From a virus (taxonomy: Duplodnaviria; Heunggongvirae; Uroviricota; Caudoviricetes), in the IMG/VR virus record IMGVR_UViG_2606217174_000001, positions 1 through 10,907 of that record: DNA of 10,907 nt; one strand, 5' to 3'. This document shows positions 7,006 to 10,907 of this stretch, piece after piece. Numbering within the stretch: the stretch's first letter is position 1; every line of letters starts with the position of its first letter. The notes below the pieces were generated by a model, which had not been told where the DNA came from, searched no databases, and worked only from the letters and a program-made list of their open reading frames with translations. A program made the position numbers and the translations under genes.

Positions 7006-7953
7006 TTACAGATAATCCGCGACAACCAGCTCCAGCTTGCCCTTCATCTCGTTAGAGACTGTGGCGTTACCGTCCGCGAACAGCTCGCGCTCCAGCAGCT
7101 GCACCGCCTGTTTTTCCAGCGAGGTGGGGACAACAATATGGGTGGGTTTGATGCCGAGTTTGCGGCCACCGTCAGCCTTAAAGTCACGCATGGCTGACCA
7201 GCCGTGCCACAGCGCATCCAGCGTCAGCGGTGACTGCATCATGTAGGCCATCTGCCAGAAGCCGTAGCCCACATTGCGACGGGCGGAAGCACCGAACACA
7301 AACTCGTTATCAGTAAACGCACGGCCTTCATCGACTTTTGTCTGGGCAACCAGTTCGGCCTTGCGGCGATCCTGATAAATCAGCGGTTTTACCGCGCGGG
7401 AGCAGTCAAGCAGATACCAGGCCGGGCCGCTGTAATCCGCCTGTGCACCGACAGAGCCGGTTTTTGCCACAAACATATTGCTGACCATCTGTGCATCACC
7501 GGAGCCATCCACTTTGGGGTAAACAGGGTGTTCGGTATCAAAGAAGTTCTGGCCGTCATAGCAGGCCGCATTCAGACCATCACGCAGTGCAGCAAAGACC
7601 AGTTCATCCGGTTGTGCCGCAGCGGCACGACCCATTTCCTGGAATAACGGGGAGTAGATGCCGAGATTGTCGTCTTCAAAGTCATCGCGGCTAATGGCAA
7701 CGGTGCCTTCAAAGGTTTTGTTCACGATGGCGTAGCCATAGGCTTTCATCTTCTCGATGACGCGGGAGCCGATCCACTCACGGAACTGCGGGAACTGCCC
7801 CAGCCAGCCGTAGGTGTTGGATTTCGAGGTGGACGGCACGGTCATCGCAATTTTCTGGTACTGCGACGGAGCCATGGACATCCCGGCCTGAAAATCAGAA
7901 CGGTAGCCCGTCATCAGGGCGGTGATCATCGCCGGTGTAATCGGGGTAGGCAT
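7006..7953 (-). CDS. T: major head (capsid) subunit, Mu gp34/T-like, 315 aa
   Basis: The translation (MPTPITPAMITALMTGYRSDFQAGMSMAPSQYQKIAMTVP...) resembles Mu-family major head proteins as I recall them. The start overlaps the stop of the protease/scaffold gene (TAATG at 7953). Size matches Mu T (~305 aa). Confidence 0.85.
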   Translation of the reverse strand: MPTPITPAMITALMTGYRSDFQAGMSMAPSQYQKIAMTVPSTSKSNTYGWLGQFPQFREWIGSRVIEKMKAYGYAIVNKTFEGTVAISRDDFEDDNLGIYSPLFQEMGRAAAAQPDELVFAALRDGLNAACYDGQNFFDTEHPVYPKVDGSGDAQMVSNMFVAKTGSVGAQADYSGPAWYLLDCSRAVKPLIYQDRRKAELVAQTKVDEGRAFTDNEFVFGASARRNVGYGFWQMAYMMQSPLTLDALWHGWSAMRDFKADGGRKLGIKPTHIVVPTSLEKQAVQLLERELFADGNATVSNEMKGKLELVVADYL

Positions 7954-8531
7954 TATTGCATTTCCTCTTTCATTTTCAGGAACTCGGCTTCGGTTTTACC
8001 CAACAGACGTGCGGCGGCGATATCTTCAGCCGACAGCACAGCGGTGGCGGTCTTTTTATCCGGCACGGTTACGGTGTCGGTCTGAAGAGTGGTCAGAGCC
8101 GCAACCGGCTGGCGGGCGTCAAGCTGTGCAGAAAGTGCCGCGACGCCAATCTGTTGTCCGAGTCCTTCCATGTATCCGCGTTCGCTTTTGAAAATGCGTC
8201 CTTCGGACTCGGCCTTATCCAGCAACTGCTCCAGCGTGGTGCTGCCGTGTTGTGCCGACAGCGCGGCATATTCGGTACGCAGGGCGTTATACGTCTCAAC
8301 GGGCACATATTTCGTCAGATCAATAGTGCCGCCAGTTGGTGTGCCTTTTGCGGTTTCCAGTTCTGCCGACAGGCTGGCAACCTGCGTTTTCAGGGTGTCG
8401 TGCGCATCCGCACGGGTTTTGATCCCGGTAAGGGCAGACAGCGCCGCCGTGCCCAGTTCCGGTGTAAATTCGTCACCGTCAGCCACGGTCAGACCGAGCG
8501 CCGTCAGCAACTGGCGTAATTGCTCATTCAT
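7953..8531 (-). CDS. candidate nested in-frame scaffold protein (Mu Z-like) from an internal start within the I gene, about 192 aa
   Basis: In-frame ATG (A at 8531; protein ...SPMNEQLRQLL) is preceded by AGGAG (complement of 8541-8545) with a 9-nt spacer. It falls at the boundary between the globular N-terminal domain and the coiled-coil C-terminal domain. Confidence 0.4.
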   Translation of the reverse strand: MNEQLRQLLTALGLTVADGDEFTPELGTAALSALTGIKTRADAHDTLKTQVASLSAELETAKGTPTGGTIDLTKYVPVETYNALRTEYAALSAQHGSTTLEQLLDKAESEGRIFKSERGYMEGLGQQIGVAALSAQLDARQPVAALTTLQTDTVTVPDKKTATAVLSAEDIAAARLLGKTEAEFLKMKEEMQ

Positions 8532-9071
8532 GGGGGATTGCTCCTGAGAAGGGGAAACGACATAGAGATCATCAGCACTGAGTGCCGCGACAGGGTTCAT
8601 ACCCGTAATACCCGGATCATTCGTCAGGGAAGCCATGCGCAACAGGTAGGGTTCCCCGGTGTCAGCGAAATAATGCATATATGCAGACAGATAGGCATAT
8701 TCACGGTCATCAATATGTTTTTGTGCCTGTGGTGTCCATTCAGGTTTAATGAAAATCCCCTGACCCTCACGCCAGCGGAAGTTTTCCGGTGAGGCCATGA
8801 CAATAGCCTTGAATCCGTTTTTCTGCGCATTCACGGAGTGATGGTCATAATCAATCAGTAACGGCTGATGCAGGGCGGAAAGCCCGGCTTTCATCCGGTT
8901 ACAGGCGGATTCGTTAATCAGCCAGCCTTCAGTCGGTTTTTCCGGGCGACCGTCACGGGCCTTTACCCGACCGGCTGGCATGATCTGACACCAGTCACCG
9001 TCCCCGTCTGCGGACAGGCTGATGGCATTCAGAATGGCATAAGCAAGTTTGGGCGTGTTTTTCGTCTTCAT
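7953..9071 (-). CDS. I: head maturation protease / scaffold protein (Mu gp32/I-like), 372 aa
   Basis: The N-terminal half is a globular domain (…LIDYDHHSVNAQKNGFKAIVMASPENFRW…). The C-terminal half is Ala/Leu/Thr/Gln-rich and predicted coiled-coil, typical of a scaffold. It sits directly upstream of the major head gene, as Mu I/Z does. Confidence 0.8.
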   Translation of the reverse strand: MKTKNTPKLAYAILNAISLSADGDGDWCQIMPAGRVKARDGRPEKPTEGWLINESACNRMKAGLSALHQPLLIDYDHHSVNAQKNGFKAIVMASPENFRWREGQGIFIKPEWTPQAQKHIDDREYAYLSAYMHYFADTGEPYLLRMASLTNDPGITGMNPVAALSADDLYVVSPSQEQSPMNEQLRQLLTALGLTVADGDEFTPELGTAALSALTGIKTRADAHDTLKTQVASLSAELETAKGTPTGGTIDLTKYVPVETYNALRTEYAALSAQHGSTTLEQLLDKAESEGRIFKSERGYMEGLGQQIGVAALSAQLDARQPVAALTTLQTDTVTVPDKKTATAVLSAEDIAAARLLGKTEAEFLKMKEEMQ

Positions 9072-9248
9072 TCCGGCAGCATAAGCCGGTGTTTTTCGGG
9101 GCCGGTTTTGCGGGACTTCAGAAAGTGCTGACAGGGGAAAAATGAGAAAGGCGCTTCACGCAGATTTTAAAGCCCGTTAAATACAGGTTAGAAAATCACG
9201 ACACGCGCCTGAAGAGGGTAAGGTAATGCGTTTGTATACCTTAAACCA
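9072..9248 (-). promoter_or_regulatory. G-I intergenic region; candidate activator-dependent late promoter (analogue of Mu P_I) with an AT-rich stem-loop spanning the G stop codon
   Basis: Largest non-coding gap in the operon (177 bp) and lower GC than the flanking genes. A -10-like TAAAAT (complement of 9164-9169) has no good -35. A direct repeat TTACCTTACC is present. An interrupted inverted repeat GTAATGGTTT...AAACGCATTAC lies at 9223-9252. In Mu a late promoter sits upstream of I. Confidence 0.35.
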
Positions 9249-9722
9249 TTACGGCGTTTCTGTGGCCTTTTTAAAGCGTTTTCTGATTTCGTCCATGATC
9301 TCCTGTTCTGCCACCTGATCAAAGCCCATATACGGACGTGCGCCAATGGCCGCCGGTCCCGGTGGCATACCAGGCAGGCCACCCCACTGATGAATGGCCG
9401 CATAAGGTTCATTTGATCCAATCAGCGCCCAGGTATCGCCATAATCCGTGGTCAGGCGGCGGGCCAGATCGCCGTTCAGCGTCAGGATTTTGCCGGGCGT
9501 GTATCCCTTACGGGTACGCCACTTGCGGTAAGGATCTGACCAGTCATGCCAGCGTTCGCCGTCCGGCTCTTTTTCCTGTTCAAACGCCATTTCTGACGAT
9601 GACAGAAGACTCTCCGCCACACTGCGGGCCAGGTCTTTTCCGCCGCCCACAAACTGAAGCCGGGCAAACACTCGCTGGAGACGCGTAACGTCAACAACGA
9701 CAGTTGCATCAATGGATGACAT
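9249..9722 (-). CDS. G: virion morphogenesis protein (Mu gp31/G-like), 157 aa
   Basis: ORF between the F-like and I-like genes. GGAGG RBS lies 4 nt upstream of the ATG at 9722. Size matches Mu G (~156 aa). Confidence 0.7.
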   Translation of the reverse strand: MSSIDATVVVDVTRLQRVFARLQFVGGGKDLARSVAESLLSSSEMAFEQEKEPDGERWHDWSDPYRKWRTRKGYTPGKILTLNGDLARRLTTDYGDTWALIGSNEPYAAIHQWGGLPGMPPGPAAIGARPYMGFDQVAEQEIMDEIRKRFKKATETP

Positions 9723-9759
9723 ATTGCCTCCGCATAAAGGATGAATATAAAATAAACAG

Positions 9760-9842
9760 GCGGTCAGTGTACGCTTAACTGGTAAAGTCGGTGCCTGCCT
9801 CCGGGTGGATCATGTATGCGGGTTCGCCCCCCGCCACTGACC
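9760..9842 (-). other. structured F-G intergenic element: 9-bp long-range inverted repeat enclosing an inner GC hairpin, followed on the transcript by a U-rich tract
   Basis: Plus-strand cggtcagtg (9760-9768) pairs with cactgaccg (9834-9842). The inner stem gcggg (9817-9821) pairs with cccgc (9829-9833). The minus-strand transcript then reads UGUUUAUUUUAUAUUC before the G RBS. Confidence 0.35.
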
Positions 9843-9843
9843 G

Positions 9844-10907
9844 TTAATCAATTTGTCCTTCCAGCACCTCAAGCATTCCGCCCCGGATATCCGATTTCAG
9901 CTTATCCATATTGATAACCCGGTAAGCATTCACAATCACATCCAGTTTGTCGGGCTGACGTTTCAGACTGTACGGTGCATTAATGGCAATCTGCACACTG
10001 CCATCCTGATTTTCCACGATATACATCAGATTTTTGTGCCGTTTGTCCCACAGCACCGCTTTTGGCTTTGCCAGCATTGCCGGTAAGCGCCCGAAGTCCT
10101 CTGGCATCAGGGCGATGCCGTCATTCTGATGTTTCACACTGTCTGCATGGAGCACATTTTTACCGCTCATCGCCAGCAGGCGGGCCGGTGGCGTTCCCGT
10201 CCGGCTTTCCACTGCCTGCGCAATGCTTTCAGTCATAAAGCCCAGCGTGCGGATATCGTTACCACCTCGCCGGGTCTGCATGATGTTTTTTGCCCAGATG
10301 CGGAACGCCAGCTGCCGCTCCGGGCTGTTGTTCATCTCCTGAACCACCATTTCCCGTAACGCCGGGCTTTTCACCTCGATCAGTTTGCGGATCAGCGCCT
10401 GGTCTGTGCCGAACGCTGCCGAGCCGGGGTTATATGACCAGCCCACATCCGGTGTCATGGTTCTGGTGCCATCTGAATATGTGGTCACCGGCATTTCTCT
10501 GACTTCTCCGGTCTGTTTATCCACGCCAGCCTCAACATTGCGGGTGGAGAGATGATCCTCACCGGATGAAACGGATAACCCCATTGCATCCAGACGAGCC
10601 TGAGACAATGGCCGCACACGGCAGCGGCAGTTCCAGCCATTAGGTGGGTAGTGTGTTTTCCAGAACGGATCGTCATAGCGGAATACCAGACCGTTAAGGG
10701 CGGAATGCGACGGGCGGGTACGGCTGTCCATGACCGCCACATACTGCCAGAACGGATGCGTGTCCGTGTTGTTCATCATCTGCGTGTAACGCCCGGCATT
10801 GTAAGCCACACGGGTGTTCACGTTGTAAATCAGCGCCAGACGACGGGGACTGCCCTGTTGCACTTCTTCCGCGTTACCGTCGCTGTCCACCACAATCTGC
10901 TTTCCCC
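9844..10907 (-). CDS. F: head morphogenesis protein (Mu gp30/F-like; SPP1 gp7-type domain), C-terminal ~354 aa; 5' end lies beyond the right window edge
   Basis: The track ORF 9844..10893 begins at a GTG, but the frame stays open to position 10907 (…GKQIVVDSDGN…). The translation (…YNAGRYTQMMNNTDTHPFWQYVAVMDSRTRPSHSALNGLVFRYDDPFW…PNGWNCRCRV) resembles the F-like head morphogenesis family as I recall it. Confidence 0.8.
   Translation of the reverse strand, partial: GKQIVVDSDGNAEEVQQGSPRRLALIYNVNTRVAYNAGRYTQMMNNTDTHPFWQYVAVMDSRTRPSHSALNGLVFRYDDPFWKTHYPPNGWNCRCRVRPLSQARLDAMGLSVSSGEDHLSTRNVEAGVDKQTGEVREMPVTTYSDGTRTMTPDVGWSYNPGSAAFGTDQALIRKLIEVKSPALREMVVQEMNNSPERQLAFRIWAKNIMQTRRGGNDIRTLGFMTESIAQAVESRTGTPPARLLAMSGKNVLHADSVKHQNDGIALMPEDFGRLPAMLAKPKAVLWDKRHKNLMYIVENQDGSVQIAINAPYSLKRQPDKLDVIVNAYRVINMDKLKSDIRGGMLEVLEGQID

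Noticed and set aside
7956-8547. Plus-strand ORFs 7956..8519 (187 aa) and 8089..8547 (152 aa)
   Set aside because: Antisense to the I-like protease/scaffold gene. Cys/Arg-rich translations with no supporting signals.
9188-9421. Minus-strand 77-aa ORF overlapping the 3' end of the G-like gene in another frame and extending into the G-I gap
   Set aside because: Mostly overlaps the better-supported G ORF, has no RBS, and the translation is Arg-rich low complexity. The gap it enters is more plausibly a promoter region.
9790-9828. 12-codon mini-ORF (MIHPEAGTDFTS) in the F-G spacer on the minus strand
   Set aside because: Too short, no Shine-Dalgarno sequence, and it lies inside the predicted RNA structure. 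Most likely chance.
1-10907. Searched for tRNA or rRNA genes, CRISPR repeat arrays, transposase or integrase genes, and terminal inverted repeats
   Set aside because: No regularly spaced direct repeats, no cloverleaf-like conserved tRNA features, and no ORF resembling a transposase or integrase. The window is almost entirely structural-gene coding sequence.

Overview
This window reads as one contiguous late (morphogenesis) operon of a Mu-like myovirus or prophage, with every supported gene on the minus strand. Order from right to left: F-like head morphogenesis protein (5' end cut by the window edge), G-like virion morphogenesis protein, I-like protease/scaffold with a probable nested Z-like scaffold start, T-like major head subunit, four small proteins in the positions of Mu gp35-gp38, tail sheath, tail tube, tail assembly chaperone with a short overlapping extension ORF, tape measure protein, and the N-terminal part of a gp43-like DNA-circularisation protein running off the left edge. 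Gene calls rest on the six-frame track, my recognition of protein families from the translations, and the near-perfect Mu gene order and sizes; no database search was run, so family names are recollection plus synteny. Most junctions are tightly packed or overlapping, and the only sizeable non-coding gaps are F-G (~120 bp) and G-I (~177 bp). I found no tRNA, rRNA, CRISPR array, transposase, or inserted cargo gene. I do not see evidence of a new multi-gene system; the points worth a second look are a candidate recoding site in the tail chaperone, the nested scaffold start, structured intergenic RNA elements, a low-complexity tail on the gp38-like protein, and within-gene GC heterogeneity. All plus-strand ORFs in the track are antisense to these genes and look spurious.
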